Shown in pieces: positions 43,207-53,246 of a stretch of 64,000 bases of DNA; the first letter of the stretch is position 1, and each line of letters begins with the position of its first letter. A program made the translations under genes and the position numbers. The notes beneath the pieces were generated by a model. That model had not been told where the DNA came from. It worked only from the letters and a program-made list of their open reading frames with translations, and made no database searches. Origin of the DNA: an uncultured Anaerolineales bacterium (GTDB lineage Bacteria > Chloroflexota > Anaerolineae > CG2-30-64-16); the NCBI GenBank assembly GCA_964614645.1, contig CAZTMA010000004.1, positions 13,555 through 77,554 on the forward strand, written 5' to 3'.

Positions 43207-44235
43207 TTATCTCGCCCCTGCCAGCTGCTCTTGCCGCGCCGGCAGCTCGGGCACATACTCGTAGGTCGGGTCCACTTTCTGCTTGCGCAGGATCGCGATG
43301 ATCTCCTGCCACGTCTCCACCAACCCGACCGGGCAGTGCGGCAAGTCGGGCTTGATGGCCCGGTGCAGCTTGCCCAGGTTATAGCACGGCACGGCTGCGT
43401 ACATATGATGCTCGGTGTGGAAGTTCATGTGCCAGTAGACGAAGCGCACGAACGGGTTCAGGATGATAGTACGGCAGCACAACCGATAGTCGGGCACGTT
43501 ATCCTGGAGCCCGACGTGCTGCGTGTTGTTGCACAGGTAGAGCAACCAACCACCGTAGAACGGCGCCAGCGTCACCAACACCGGCAGCATGTACCAACCC
43601 AGCAGCAGCGAGACAGCCGTCAGCAGCAGGTGGCCGACCAGCAGGATACGCGCCCAGGTGAACAGCCGCGCACGCGCGTCAACCGCTGACTCGGGGAACA
43701 GGGCCTGCTCCCACTGGCCTTCAAGCCTGCCCAGGCTCAACCGGATGACGCCCTTCCACCGGCCCACGAAGCCCCACGGGTTGACGACTGCGCTCTTGAG
43801 GAAGCTTTCCAGGGTCAGCTCGACCGGCAGCACCACTTCAAGATCATCTGGCGGGTGCAGCGTGTACTTGTGGTGCTCCTGGTGGCTGGCCCAAAACAGG
43901 ACCGGGTTGAACTGGCCGAGGAAACTGATGATGTACAAGAAGGCCGTATTCAGCCACTTGGTCCTGAACACCGACCCGTGACACAGCTCGTGAAACCCGT
44001 TGAGCAGGAAGGCATAGAACGTCCCGTGAACGAACAGGAGCAGCAGCGTGACCGGCAGGGGCAGATGCTCTGCAGCATACCATGCGGCCGCGCCCGTTAA
44101 CACGAGCAGCCCGAGATGTCCCAACGTCTGCGCAAATCCCTTCAGGTCGCTCCGCTGATTCAGCCGGGCGAGCGTCTCCCGGTCCACCGGCGAACGGTAC
44201 CAAGCAATCTTCGACTTCTTCATTCCCGCGTCCAT
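43207..44235 (-). CDS. membrane fatty acid desaturase
   Basis: Three His boxes HELCHG, HQEHHKY, HTEHHMY; multiple TM helices. Confidence 0.8.
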   Translation of the reverse strand: MDAGMKKSKIAWYRSPVDRETLARLNQRSDLKGFAQTLGHLGLLVLTGAAAWYAAEHLPLPVTLLLLFVHGTFYAFLLNGFHELCHGSVFRTKWLNTAFLYIISFLGQFNPVLFWASHQEHHKYTLHPPDDLEVVLPVELTLESFLKSAVVNPWGFVGRWKGVIRLSLGRLEGQWEQALFPESAVDARARLFTWARILLVGHLLLTAVSLLLGWYMLPVLVTLAPFYGGWLLYLCNNTQHVGLQDNVPDYRLCCRTIILNPFVRFVYWHMNFHTEHHMYAAVPCYNLGKLHRAIKPDLPHCPVGLVETWQEIIAILRKQKVDPTYEYVPELPARQEQLAGAR

Positions 44236-44449
44236 GTGTCTGCACTCCGTACTCGGGTTTGGCCTGCTAAGCAAGCGTACAATCAGTTGAAATTCGCAGG
44301 ACAAGAATAGTCCAAACACAAGCGCATGTCAAGGTAAATACAGCCAGGCATTGGAATTCCTGGCAACTGAAACTAGGCATTCAAGGCCAACCGGAGTATA
44401 CTGACGGGGCAAAAAGGTTTTTCCACCATTTTCCTCAGGAGGCAGAATC

Positions 44450-45190
44450 ATGGAGCACAAGCGGGTAGCCGTTGACGGCTATACTGACACCCCCCTCGTC
44501 CCCGGTTCGGAGTGGCACGTGCACGACCCCAATCGACCGCAGCCGCCGGTAGTGACGCCGGGCACCGCGGGCGGTCCGCCGTCGGATGCGACCGTCCTGT
44601 TCGACGGCACTGATGCCTCGGCCTGGATCACCGCAAAGACGGGCGAGGCCGCTGGTTGGAAGGTCGAGAATGGCTACATGGAAGTGGTGCGCGGCGCAGG
44701 CAGCATCCGGACGCGCGGCCAGTTCAGCGACTGCCAGTTGCACCTCGAGTTTGCCACCCCGACGGAGATCGTCGGCCAGGGCCAGGGCCGCGGCAACAGC
44801 GGCGTCTTCTTCCTGGGCCTGTATGAAGTGCAGTTGCTCGACAACTACGACAACTACACCTATGCCGACGGCACCTGCGGCGCAGTCTACGGCCAGTTTC
44901 CGCCTCTCGCGAACGCCTGCCGCCGCCCCGGCGAGTGGCAGACCTACGACATCGTCTTCCTGGCGCCCCGCTGGAATGATGCGGGCCAGCTCGTCCAGCC
45001 CGCGCGGTTGACCGTGTTCCTCAACAACGTGCTGGTACAGCACTGCCAGGCAGCCCAGGGTCCGACCAACCACAAGATAACGGCGAGCTATAACACGCAA
45101 CATCCGGCGGAGGGCCCGCTGGAGCTGCAGGATCACGGCAACCCGATCCGGTTCCGCAATATCTGGGTCCGGCCTCTGGCGACGGCCTGA
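44450..45190 (+). CDS. DUF1080 / 3-keto-disaccharide hydrolase-like (LamG/GH16-like jelly roll)
   Basis: WKVENGYMEV...GNSGVFFLGLYEVQLLD...GPLELQDHGNPIRFRNIWVRPL family signature; AGGAGG SD. Confidence 0.8.
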   Translation: MEHKRVAVDGYTDTPLVPGSEWHVHDPNRPQPPVVTPGTAGGPPSDATVLFDGTDASAWITAKTGEAAGWKVENGYMEVVRGAGSIRTRGQFSDCQLHLEFATPTEIVGQGQGRGNSGVFFLGLYEVQLLDNYDNYTYADGTCGAVYGQFPPLANACRRPGEWQTYDIVFLAPRWNDAGQLVQPARLTVFLNNVLVQHCQAAQGPTNHKITASYNTQHPAEGPLELQDHGNPIRFRNIWVRPLATA

Positions 45191-45225
45191 CCTTCTGAAT
45201 TCCCGTTTGAGCGGGGAGATCCTCT

Positions 45226-45273
45226 TATAGGGGGTGTTCCGGGTGGCGCGGCCACCCGGAACACCCCCTATAA
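45226..45273 (+). terminator. strong hairpin terminator after DUF1080 gene
   Basis: tatagggggtgttccgggtggc-gcg-gccacccggaacaccccctata (22-bp perfect stem). Confidence 0.7.
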
Positions 45274-45450
45274 ATTGGGGAAGCACTTGTAGTTGGATTG
45301 CATCTCACGGTCTCTCTGTTTGTATCACTGTAGAATAATGCTTGCGACTTGACGCCGGTCCGGAGGACCCTTATACTCCTCGCTGCACCAGCGCCCTGAC
45401 CGCGGCGTGCATCGTAACAACACCACTTCAACGTGACCGGAGAGAGAACT

Positions 45451-46248
45451 GTGAGCCTATCAGAACTGCAGATGGAACTGTATCGCCGCAACGGATTCGT
45501 CAACGGCGGCCCGGTATTGGATGATGAAACCGTCGAGGTCTTGCGCGCGGAGACGTTGCGCGTCATCGACGACCGGAACAATCCTCAGGTGAAGCAGCCG
45601 GTACTCCTGCGCAACCTGACCAATGATGAGAACCGGCCGATCTGGCAGATCGTGAACATCTACGAGGCCAGCCCGGCCTTCCGCAAGCTGATCACCAACC
45701 CGTTGATCGCGGAGATGGCCGCGCAACTGACCGGCGCGCGCGAGCTGCGCATCTGGCACGACCAGATCCAGTATAAGCCCCAGGCACACGGCGGCCGGCT
45801 CCACTGGCACCAGGACTCACCTGCCTGGCCTACCCTCCAGCCTAAGACCGCGCAGATTACCGCGTGGGTCGCGCTGGATGACGCGGACCTGGACAACGGC
45901 TGCATGTATATGGTCCCGGGCTCGCAACGGTGGGGCAACCGTGACGCTTTCCTGCACTCCGTGCCTGACGGCGCACCCCTGCCCGATGAGTTCGAGGGCC
46001 AGCCAGTTTACGTGGTCACGACCCCCGTGAAGAAGGGACATGTCCACTTCCACCACTCGCTGACCTGGCACGGCTCCGGCTCGAACACGAGCAATCGCCC
46101 GCGCCGCGCCATCGCGCTGCACTTCATGACCGAGGAAACGGTTTACGACGCCAGCGGCAACCATCCGATGAAGCCATTCATCACCGTGAGCGACGGCGCG
46201 CAGGTCGTGGGAGACAACTTCCCGCTCATCTGGTCGGCCGGCCGGTAG
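45451..46248 (+). CDS. phytanoyl-CoA dioxygenase (PhyH) family Fe(II)/2OG oxygenase
   Basis: WHQDSPAW, WVALDDADLDNGCMYMVPGSQRWG, HFHHSLTWHGSGSN; GTG start 45451 after GGAGAG. Confidence 0.8.
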   Translation: MSLSELQMELYRRNGFVNGGPVLDDETVEVLRAETLRVIDDRNNPQVKQPVLLRNLTNDENRPIWQIVNIYEASPAFRKLITNPLIAEMAAQLTGARELRIWHDQIQYKPQAHGGRLHWHQDSPAWPTLQPKTAQITAWVALDDADLDNGCMYMVPGSQRWGNRDAFLHSVPDGAPLPDEFEGQPVYVVTTPVKKGHVHFHHSLTWHGSGSNTSNRPRRAIALHFMTEETVYDASGNHPMKPFITVSDGAQVVGDNFPLIWSAGR

Positions 46249-46285
46249 GCCGGCCGGTAGACCGCCCGGTGAGGGCGGCGAAGCC

Positions 46286-46316
46286 TTGCAGCACGATCGC
46301 CCGGCCCTAAATGGTC
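46286..46316. terminator. bidirectional hairpin between convergent genes
   Basis: gatcgcccgg-ccctaaatggt-ccgggcgatc. Confidence 0.5.
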
Positions 46317-46332
46317 CGGGCGATCTTCCGCT

Positions 46333-47415
46333 CTACCGCCAAACCATCGGTAAGAACGCCTGCTCGTTGCAAACTACCGTACGGGCCACCCGCACGGGCG
46401 CAGATTCCTGCCAGACGCCACTGAAACGGTGGTTCGGCCGCGCACCCGGCTCCCCGGCGGGCTGCTCGGCGCGGACGCGCAAGCGGAAGCGATAGGTCCG
46501 CTCTGCGCACGACCCTCCGATAGGCAACACCGCACTGCCTGCCGGCTGATTGCTGAGCCAGGGCTGCCAGGCGGCCGCCGCGCCCGCGGCAACCTCCACC
46601 TCGAAATAGAGCCGGTAGTTGCCGTTCGGAATCGCAGCGATGTCCGGGCCGACGCTCCCCGTCCACGCGACCGATATGCCATCGCGCGACGGCTGCAGCT
46701 GCGCGAATTGTGCAGTGGGCGCGCGCACCAGCTTCACGGCATCCGCAAAGCCATGGTTGCCATGATGATAGAAGGGGCTGTACAGCCGCACGAACACGGT
46801 CATGGCGTCGCTCTCCGCGGTGGCGGCGGTCACAAGATCGACCCAGCGCGCGGTATAGTTGGGCCGCCGGTCCTCCACCCAGCCGACCGTCGCGGCGCGC
46901 GTGTCGGTTCCGCCCGTTGCGTCCAGCCCGGCCAGCTTGGACAGGTAGTAACCGACGGGACAGTCGTTCGGCATCGCGCTGCCGCCGCACAGGCTGACCA
47001 TCCACGCACTGAGGCTGTAGGCCGTGCCCGGCGTCACCGCGACGCGCTGGTAGACCGCCGCATCGAAGGGCGGCGCGAGATCGCTGCCGCCCGGCGGATA
47101 GGCCAGCATGATGAGGCTGTCGTGGCCTTCCAGCTTCTCCCAGCGCATGTCGGCCGGGTCGCAGCTCCCGCCGCGGGCCCAGATTTGCGTGCTGTTGATG
47201 TGAGGCGACCCGTTGAGCACGGCGGCAGTCCACCCGTTCGGCGCCATACCGCTGATGCCCGGCTGCGGATGATAGCCCTGCCCGCATTCGAAGCCGGGGT
47301 TGACCACCACCGGCGCACCTGTGTCGGCCGGTGTAGTGCCCTGTGCGTGTGCGGGCAGCAGAGGGAACAGCGCCAGGCACACGCCCAGCACCAACAGTCT
47401 CGTCTTGAAAAGCAT
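46333..47415 (-). CDS. secreted protein with N-terminal CBM4/9-like carbohydrate-binding beta-sandwich
   Basis: Signal peptide MLFKTRLLVLGVCLALFPLLPAHAQG; NPGFE...W pattern; 360 aa. Confidence 0.5.
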   Translation of the reverse strand: MLFKTRLLVLGVCLALFPLLPAHAQGTTPADTGAPVVVNPGFECGQGYHPQPGISGMAPNGWTAAVLNGSPHINSTQIWARGGSCDPADMRWEKLEGHDSLIMLAYPPGGSDLAPPFDAAVYQRVAVTPGTAYSLSAWMVSLCGGSAMPNDCPVGYYLSKLAGLDATGGTDTRAATVGWVEDRRPNYTARWVDLVTAATAESDAMTVFVRLYSPFYHHGNHGFADAVKLVRAPTAQFAQLQPSRDGISVAWTGSVGPDIAAIPNGNYRLYFEVEVAAGAAAAWQPWLSNQPAGSAVLPIGGSCAERTYRFRLRVRAEQPAGEPGARPNHRFSGVWQESAPVRVARTVVCNEQAFLPMVWR

Positions 47416-47520
47416 CCTTGTGTCTCCCTGGGGACCGCAGACAGATGTGGGCGGCTTCGGGCGCAGGGGCGACCCAGACGACCGTAATCGGTCAAGAAGT
47501 CAAGATGTAGTCAGAGGCGT

Positions 47521-47601
47521 GCCACAGAGGACACCGAGGACACTGAGATTTGAGCCTCGCAACTCAAAATCACTCTCTATGTCCTCTGTGCCCTCTGTGG
47601 C
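47521..47601. repeat. MITE-like element, GCCACAGAGG...CCTCTGTGGC terminal inverted repeats (second full copy)
   Basis: gccacagaggacaccgaggacactgag...tgtcctctgtgccctctgtggc; shares TGTCCTCTGTG(A/C)CCTCTGTGGCTA with copy at 23942-24012. Confidence 0.55.
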
Positions 47602-47623
47602 TATTCTAATTCACTGGCGCGTC

Positions 47624-48907
47624 CTACTTCAGCGTCAGTTCGATCACCGGGACGACCGTGTCCGGCTGCTTGATCGGAATCGTCAGGACCAGTGCAGACT
47701 TGTCCAGCCCGAAGTGCGTCAACTGCCAGTCGGGGATGGCGTTCATCAGCACCTCGCTCCCATCGTGCAGGAAGCGCGCGAACTTCACCTTGTCGCCCAT
47801 GCCCTCAAACAGCAGGTAGCGGAACGGCCACGCATAGATGTGAAGGTAGAGCTTGTCGCCCTTCTGCGTCAGGCGGCAATCGGGCGGCGCGGTGAACTCG
47901 CTCTGCGTGCAGCCGTAGATGGCCTCGCCGTGGAACTTCATCCAGTCGCCGTAGATTTTCAGCGCGTCGAGCGCCCGGCTGTCCCACGTGCCCAGGGGGG
48001 TCGGCCCCACGTTCATCAGCAGGTTGCCGCCCGTGGAAACGGTGTTGACCAGCATGCGCACCAACTGGCCCGCATCCTTCCAGGTGGCTTCGTCGCGGTG
48101 ATAACCCCACGAACCGCTGAAGGTCTGGCAGGCTTCCCACACCACCGGCTCCCCGTTCACCCGCACCCACTCGGCCGGCTGGTACTGCTCAGGTGTGTAG
48201 ATGTCGGCCGAGCCGGGGAGGTCGAGCCGGTCATCCAGCAGAATCTTCGGCTGCAGCTCGCGAATCATCGCGACCAGCTTCTCGCTCTCCCAGTCATCGC
48301 GGCCCTTGCCGGGCATGCCCTTGTACTCGCGGCCCGGGTATGAGAAGTCGCACCACAGGACGTCCACCTGCCCGTAGTTCGTGAGCAGCTCGCGCACCTG
48401 GTTGCGCATGTACTCGGCATACTTGCGCACGTCACGGCTCTTGTTCATTTCGAGCGCGTCGGGATGGTTGCGCAGCGGGTGGATGCCGTCGATGGGGAAC
48501 TCGGGGTGGTGCCAGTCAATCAGCGAGTAGTAGAAGCCGATGCGGAAGCCTTGCTTGCGGAAAGCGTCCACGAACGGGCGCAGGATTTCCTTGCCATACG
48601 GCGTGTTCGTGACCTTATAGTCCGTCTGCTGGCTGTCCCACAGGCAGAAGCCCTCGTGATGCTTCGTCGTCAGCACGACGTAGCGCATCCCCGCGTCCCA
48701 CGCGGTGCGCGCCCACGTCTCAGGGTCGAACATGTGGGGATCGAAATTCTCGAAGTACTTCTCGTAGGCCTCGTTGGGGATCTCCTCGTGATGGCGCACC
48801 CACTCGTGCCGCGCAGGCAGCGCGTACAGGCCCCAGTGGATGAACATCCCGAAGCGATCGTGGACGAACCACGACGTGTCACCGGCGGTCGGTTTGGGGT
48901 GATACAT
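47624..48907 (-). CDS. alpha-L-fucosidase (GH29)
   Basis: GMFIHWGLYA, HHEGFCLWDS, GH29 catalytic region; 427 aa. Confidence 0.85.
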   Translation of the reverse strand: MYHPKPTAGDTSWFVHDRFGMFIHWGLYALPARHEWVRHHEEIPNEAYEKYFENFDPHMFDPETWARTAWDAGMRYVVLTTKHHEGFCLWDSQQTDYKVTNTPYGKEILRPFVDAFRKQGFRIGFYYSLIDWHHPEFPIDGIHPLRNHPDALEMNKSRDVRKYAEYMRNQVRELLTNYGQVDVLWCDFSYPGREYKGMPGKGRDDWESEKLVAMIRELQPKILLDDRLDLPGSADIYTPEQYQPAEWVRVNGEPVVWEACQTFSGSWGYHRDEATWKDAGQLVRMLVNTVSTGGNLLMNVGPTPLGTWDSRALDALKIYGDWMKFHGEAIYGCTQSEFTAPPDCRLTQKGDKLYLHIYAWPFRYLLFEGMGDKVKFARFLHDGSEVLMNAIPDWQLTHFGLDKSALVLTIPIKQPDTVVPVIELTLK

Positions 48908-48993
48908 GATGCGTTGCTCCTTGTGAAGATATGTGCGTCTTGGCGACCTTTGCGTCCTTGTATGCTAGAGACTCACGCAAAGACCGCCAAGCT

Positions 48994-50220
48994 TTACGGA
49001 ACTGTCTCCTGAACGGCTACCTGCAGCGGCGGGTGCACTTTCACCTGCGCGTAGAACACGAACAGCACAGCGATGGCGACGATGCAGAGCAGCGCCGCCA
49101 CGGCGAAGGGCAGGCCGGTTGCGACGCGCATCAGCGCGCCGCCCGCGATGGACCCGGTCATAAATGCGATGTTCCACGAGACGTGCAGCAGGCCAAACAC
49201 GCGGCCATGCTCGTCGCGCGCCACGCCGTCCGACACGAGCAGGAAGAGCAAGGCCGCAATCGACCAGGCGGCCGCGCTGCCCAGGATGCCGAAGACGAAG
49301 ATGCCCCACAGGCGGTCGGAGAAGAAGGCCAGGCCCAGCCCCGCAACCATCAGCGCGGCGAACCCGATGATGTTCGGCCAGCGATGGCCGTACCGGTCGG
49401 CCAATCGCCCGGTCAACAACTGTGCGAGCGAGGCGAAGACCAGGCTGGCTGCGGTATAGATGGCGACGGTGGTCTTGTTGCCCGCCAGGTCGTTGATGAG
49501 CAGCGGAATCAACACGAGCGACATGCCGTAATAGATGGTGGGCAGAAAGCGCAGATACACCAGCAGCCGCACGACCGGGCGCCGGAACATGGCGAGCAGG
49601 TTGCCGCGCGGCCGGCCGCCGCCGCGGTCAGCGGACAGCACCGGCAGCAGCCACAGCGCCAGCAGGCCCGCCACGACCAGCAGAGCCAGCCCGGTCAGCC
49701 CATAGACAGAGAACCCTGCAGTATCCAGCACGCGGCCCGCGACCGGGTTGCCCGCCGCGCCGCCGGCCGTCCCGCTGAGCGCGTAGAGCGCAGACAACAC
49801 GCCCAGGCGTCGAGGGTCGGCCACGCGCGTCAGGTAGCTGGAGCCGCCGAGCGTAATCAGCCCCATCCCCAGGCCGGACAGGAACCACAACACGGCAATC
49901 GCAGGCGGAAACCGAACCTGAAAGACGAGGCTGGCAAGGGCCATCGTGAAGACGCCGACAATCAGGAGGCCGCGGCTGCCGAGCCGGTCGCTGAGAAGCC
50001 CGCCCAGGAACCCGGACAGCATACCCGACACCTGGCCGGCCGAGACCATCGTCGCCACCGCGACCGCCGTATAAGCCAACCGCTCGTTCAGGTAGATGGC
50101 AAAGAAGGACCCCTGTGACAGCGTCCACGCGCCGGTCAGGAATTGCACCAGGAGCAAGGGTACGACCGGCCAGCTCTCGTCCCGAGTGAAATCAGCCAAC
50201 CTTGCACGCAGCCTCTCCAT
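48994..50220 (-). CDS. MFS transporter
   Basis: 12-TM MFS signature loops; start at MERLRARL with AGGAGG SD. Confidence 0.8.
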   Translation of the reverse strand: MERLRARLADFTRDESWPVVPLLLVQFLTGAWTLSQGSFFAIYLNERLAYTAVAVATMVSAGQVSGMLSGFLGGLLSDRLGSRGLLIVGVFTMALASLVFQVRFPPAIAVLWFLSGLGMGLITLGGSSYLTRVADPRRLGVLSALYALSGTAGGAAGNPVAGRVLDTAGFSVYGLTGLALLVVAGLLALWLLPVLSADRGGGRPRGNLLAMFRRPVVRLLVYLRFLPTIYYGMSLVLIPLLINDLAGNKTTVAIYTAASLVFASLAQLLTGRLADRYGHRWPNIIGFAALMVAGLGLAFFSDRLWGIFVFGILGSAAAWSIAALLFLLVSDGVARDEHGRVFGLLHVSWNIAFMTGSIAGGALMRVATGLPFAVAALLCIVAIAVLFVFYAQVKVHPPLQVAVQETVP

Positions 50221-50311
50221 CACCTCCGCCTCCTGCCTCAAGTCTACTTCAGATTGGTCCGTTCGTGAAAAACTGGCCGGGCGGTTGAAACGATTTATCG
50301 ATCTGCCCGAA

Positions 50312-50341
50312 TTGAGCAAGCGCACCCCGCGCCGTTATAAT
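50312..50341 (+). promoter_or_regulatory. candidate sigma70 promoter (-35 TTGAGC, 18-bp spacer, -10 TATAAT) for S58 peptidase gene
   Basis: Consensus -10 hexamer; sequence only. Confidence 0.45.
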
Positions 50342-50417
50342 GCGACTGCCTGATCCAAACAAACACGCGCAGGATGGGGCGGCAGCCCGTCCTGCCACAT
50401 CTGCGAAGGAGCCATCT

Positions 50418-51500
50418 ATGAGCAAACCACGGGCGCGCGACCTGGGCATCCCATTCGACGGGAAGCCGGGCGCACACAATACCATCACCGACGTCGCGGG
50501 CGTGACGGTCGGCCACGCCACGCTGGTTTCCGCCGGCACACCAGCTGCCGTGCGGACAGGGGTCACGGCCATCCTGCCGCGCGGCAACAACTCCGAGCCG
50601 GTCTTCGGCGCGTGGCACACGCTCAACGGCTGCGGCGAGATGACGGGCACGACCTGGCTGGCGGAATCCGGGCTGCTGGCCGGCCCGGTCATGCTGACCA
50701 ATACCATGAGCGTCGGCGTCGTGGCGGATGCGGTGGCCGACTGGTGGTACGGCGTGCCGCGGCCCGCATTCGTGCTGCCGGTCGTCGCGGAGACCTACGA
50801 CGGCTACCTGAACGACATCTCCGGGCGGCACGTCCGGGAGCAGCACGCGCTGGCCGCGCTCGCAGCTGCTGCGTCCGGCCCCGTCGCGGAGGGCAATGTC
50901 GGCGGCGGGACGGGGATGATCTGTCACGGGTTCAAGGGCGGCATCGGCACGGCTTCGCGCGTGCTGGCGGACCAGGATGGTGGCTACACGCTCGGCGTGC
51001 TCGTGCAGGCGAACCACGGCGGCCGCGACCGGCTCACGATCGCGGGCGCGCCGGTCGGCGCAGAAATCCCCGACCTGCTGCCGGCGGAGCCGCCTGCGCC
51101 TGATCTGCCGTCCAGCTCGATCATTGCGGTGGTCGCAACCGACTGCCCGCTCCTGCCCCACCAGCTCCGCCGGTTGGCGCAGCGCGTCAGCCTGGGCATC
51201 GGCCGGGTCGGTGGCTTGGGGGAGAACAGCTCCGGCGATATCTTCATCGCGTTCTCGACCGCTGCGTTGGGTGCGGAGTCTGAAGGGGGCGTGCGCCAGG
51301 TGGCGATGCTGGAAAACAGCCGGATGAATGCGCTCTTCGCCGCGACCGTCCAGGCGACCGAGGAAGCGATCGTGAATGCGCTCGTCGCGGCCGAGGATAT
51401 GACCGGGCAGCGGGGCCGTACGGTTTACGCGCTGCCGGCCGACCGGCTCCAGGCAGTCCTGCGCAAGTACAGCCGCCTGGCAGGGGAAAAGGCGCAGTGA
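50418..51500 (+). CDS. DmpA/OAT-family (peptidase S58) L-aminopeptidase/D-Ala-esterase
   Basis: MSKPRARDLGIPFDGKPGAHNTITDVAGVTVGH; self-processing Gly-Ser/Thr site region; 360 aa. Confidence 0.8.
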   Translation: MSKPRARDLGIPFDGKPGAHNTITDVAGVTVGHATLVSAGTPAAVRTGVTAILPRGNNSEPVFGAWHTLNGCGEMTGTTWLAESGLLAGPVMLTNTMSVGVVADAVADWWYGVPRPAFVLPVVAETYDGYLNDISGRHVREQHALAALAAAASGPVAEGNVGGGTGMICHGFKGGIGTASRVLADQDGGYTLGVLVQANHGGRDRLTIAGAPVGAEIPDLLPAEPPAPDLPSSSIIAVVATDCPLLPHQLRRLAQRVSLGIGRVGGLGENSSGDIFIAFSTAALGAESEGGVRQVAMLENSRMNALFAATVQATEEAIVNALVAAEDMTGQRGRTVYALPADRLQAVLRKYSRLAGEKAQ

Positions 51501-51859
51501 TGCATACAGACACCTGGCGGCAGATTGCCCCAGTCCTCGTTTCAATCCTCATTATCGTCGCAGTGGCCTTGCTGCGCAACCATTCGCGCGTGCTGGCGGG
51601 CATCCTGGGGACGATGCCCGTCAATGTCGCGCTGTCGTTGTGGATCGTCTACAGCGGCGCGAACGGCGAGAAGTCCGGCGTCCAGCAGTACACCAACACG
51701 CTGCCCTTCGGCATTCTCGGCACGGTGGCCTTCATCCTGGCTGTGTGGCTGGCTGCCCGCGCCGGTTGGAAGCTGTTGCCCATGTTAGCTGTCGGTTATG
51801 TCACCTGGGGCGTGACCCTGGCGCTGATTTTCGCCCTGAAACAATGGCTCAAGTTCTAG
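51497..51859 (+). CDS. small integral membrane protein (3-4 TM), function unknown
   Basis: 120-aa hydrophobic ORF overlapping stop of upstream gene by 4 nt. Confidence 0.45.
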   Translation: MMHTDTWRQIAPVLVSILIIVAVALLRNHSRVLAGILGTMPVNVALSLWIVYSGANGEKSGVQQYTNTLPFGILGTVAFILAVWLAARAGWKLLPMLAVGYVTWGVTLALIFALKQWLKF

Positions 51860-53102
51860 GGACCGCCAGCGCCAGCAGCGGGATCTCCATCTCCTGCCGC
51901 GTCAGGCCGCCGTGATGCCCGTAGAACCGCTGCTCGAAGCGGTCCTTCTCATACCACCACACCGCCTCACCGTGATACGGCAGGATGACCAGGTTGCCGA
52001 GCCGCGCGCGCAGCACATCTGACGGCGGCTCGCTGCCGAAGAAACCCGCCTCAACGAGGTCGGCCGTACGCGCGACCTGCGCGATGCCAGCCAGCCGCTC
52101 CGCAAAGAACGCCTGCGCCTCGGCCAGGAGGGCCTCCTCCACGTACAGGAAATAGTCGCGCACCGAGCCGGCCGGCTCGCGCGGCTTACCCTTGCCGTTC
52201 TGCACCAGGTAGCGTTCATACCCCTTGAACCGGCCATCTCGGTTGATGTAGATGCACGTGGCCGGATCCGTCTCCATCATGCCGTGGTCTGCGGTCAGCA
52301 GCACCAGCGTATCCTGCTGCGGCGCGAGCGGTGCGAGAAAGTGCCGTTCCAGCGCAGTCAGGAACAGGTCGATCTCAGCAGCCACGTGCGGCGAGTTGGG
52401 TCCGTACTCGTGGGCCAGCCCGTCAATCCGGTCGTAGTAAAGCAGGAAGTAGGCCAGCCCCTCAGCCTTCGCCAGGGCCCTGCGCGCGTTGACGAGCGCC
52501 TCCGCCAGGGAGCGATATCCGGCCGTCTGCGCGCCTGCCATCAGCGCGTCTGTGTATGTGGACTGCAGGTACTCGCGGTGCTGGAAGATGGTTGCGCGGA
52601 TGCCGAACTCAGCAAGATCCTGGTAAATCGTGTGCGTGGGGAGGATGCGCTTGGGGTCGACCTTCGCCTTGCGCAGTTGCTCGCGATCCTTGGTCCCCGC
52701 CCAAGAATAGAGCAGCGGGACCACCACTGCGTCCACCTCCGGCTCGTAATACTGCCACTCATAGACGCCGTGCCGGCCCACTTCCTGTCCCGTGTGCAGG
52801 CTGGTGATGTGCGCCGCGGTCGTGGAAGGGAACTGCGTGGTGAACCGGTTCGCGCGGCCATACTTCAGGAAACGCTGCAGGGCCGGGCATTGCTCCGCGT
52901 ACTGCTCGATGAAGCGCCAGCCGAACCCGTCGATAACGAACAGCACCACCGCACCGTAGGGCGCGGCACGGTCGGGCAGCGTCTCCGGGGACAGCAGAAT
53001 AGGCTGCTGCCCGGTCAACAGACCGGCAATGCTCGGGGGAATCGCGGAGAAGCAGTGCCCGTCGTAGACCGGCGGGATGAAGTGGGGATCAAGTTGGAAC
53101 AT
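51849..53102 (-). CDS. alkaline-phosphatase-superfamily enzyme (type I phosphodiesterase/nucleotide pyrophosphatase family)
   Basis: VIDGFGW metal-site motif, TADHGM; start set at MFQLDPHF (ORF N-extension 53103-53306 is repeat DNA). Confidence 0.7.
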   Translation of the reverse strand: MFQLDPHFIPPVYDGHCFSAIPPSIAGLLTGQQPILLSPETLPDRAAPYGAVVLFVIDGFGWRFIEQYAEQCPALQRFLKYGRANRFTTQFPSTTAAHITSLHTGQEVGRHGVYEWQYYEPEVDAVVVPLLYSWAGTKDREQLRKAKVDPKRILPTHTIYQDLAEFGIRATIFQHREYLQSTYTDALMAGAQTAGYRSLAEALVNARRALAKAEGLAYFLLYYDRIDGLAHEYGPNSPHVAAEIDLFLTALERHFLAPLAPQQDTLVLLTADHGMMETDPATCIYINRDGRFKGYERYLVQNGKGKPREPAGSVRDYFLYVEEALLAEAQAFFAERLAGIAQVARTADLVEAGFFGSEPPSDVLRARLGNLVILPYHGEAVWWYEKDRFEQRFYGHHGGLTRQEMEIPLLALAVPRT

Positions 53103-53170
53103 GACGACCTTGTCAGAAACTGGAGTCGAGGCTGGCGAGTGTTGACCGTTAATTTCTGTGATCGACCGGT

Positions 53171-53246
53171 GGAGTTCCGCATCCTCAGATGCGGAACGGC
53201 CCGCCTGAGAGGCAGCACCGTTTGCATCTGAGGATGCAAACTCCTC
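53171..53246. repeat. composite palindromic REP-like element: two mirror hairpin units (CTCA and TGAG loops) flanked by GGAGT...ACTCC
   Basis: ggagttccgcatcCTCAgatgcggaac ... gtttgcatcTGAGgatgcaaactcc; preceded at 53121 by GGAGTCGAGGCT motif. Confidence 0.7.

Noticed and set aside
45226-46316. Terminator hairpins at 45226, 46286, 39476 and 62470 as members of the repeat families
   Set aside because: Each has a unique sequence without GGAGT/ACTCC ends or the CTCA loop. They are treated as ordinary intrinsic terminators.
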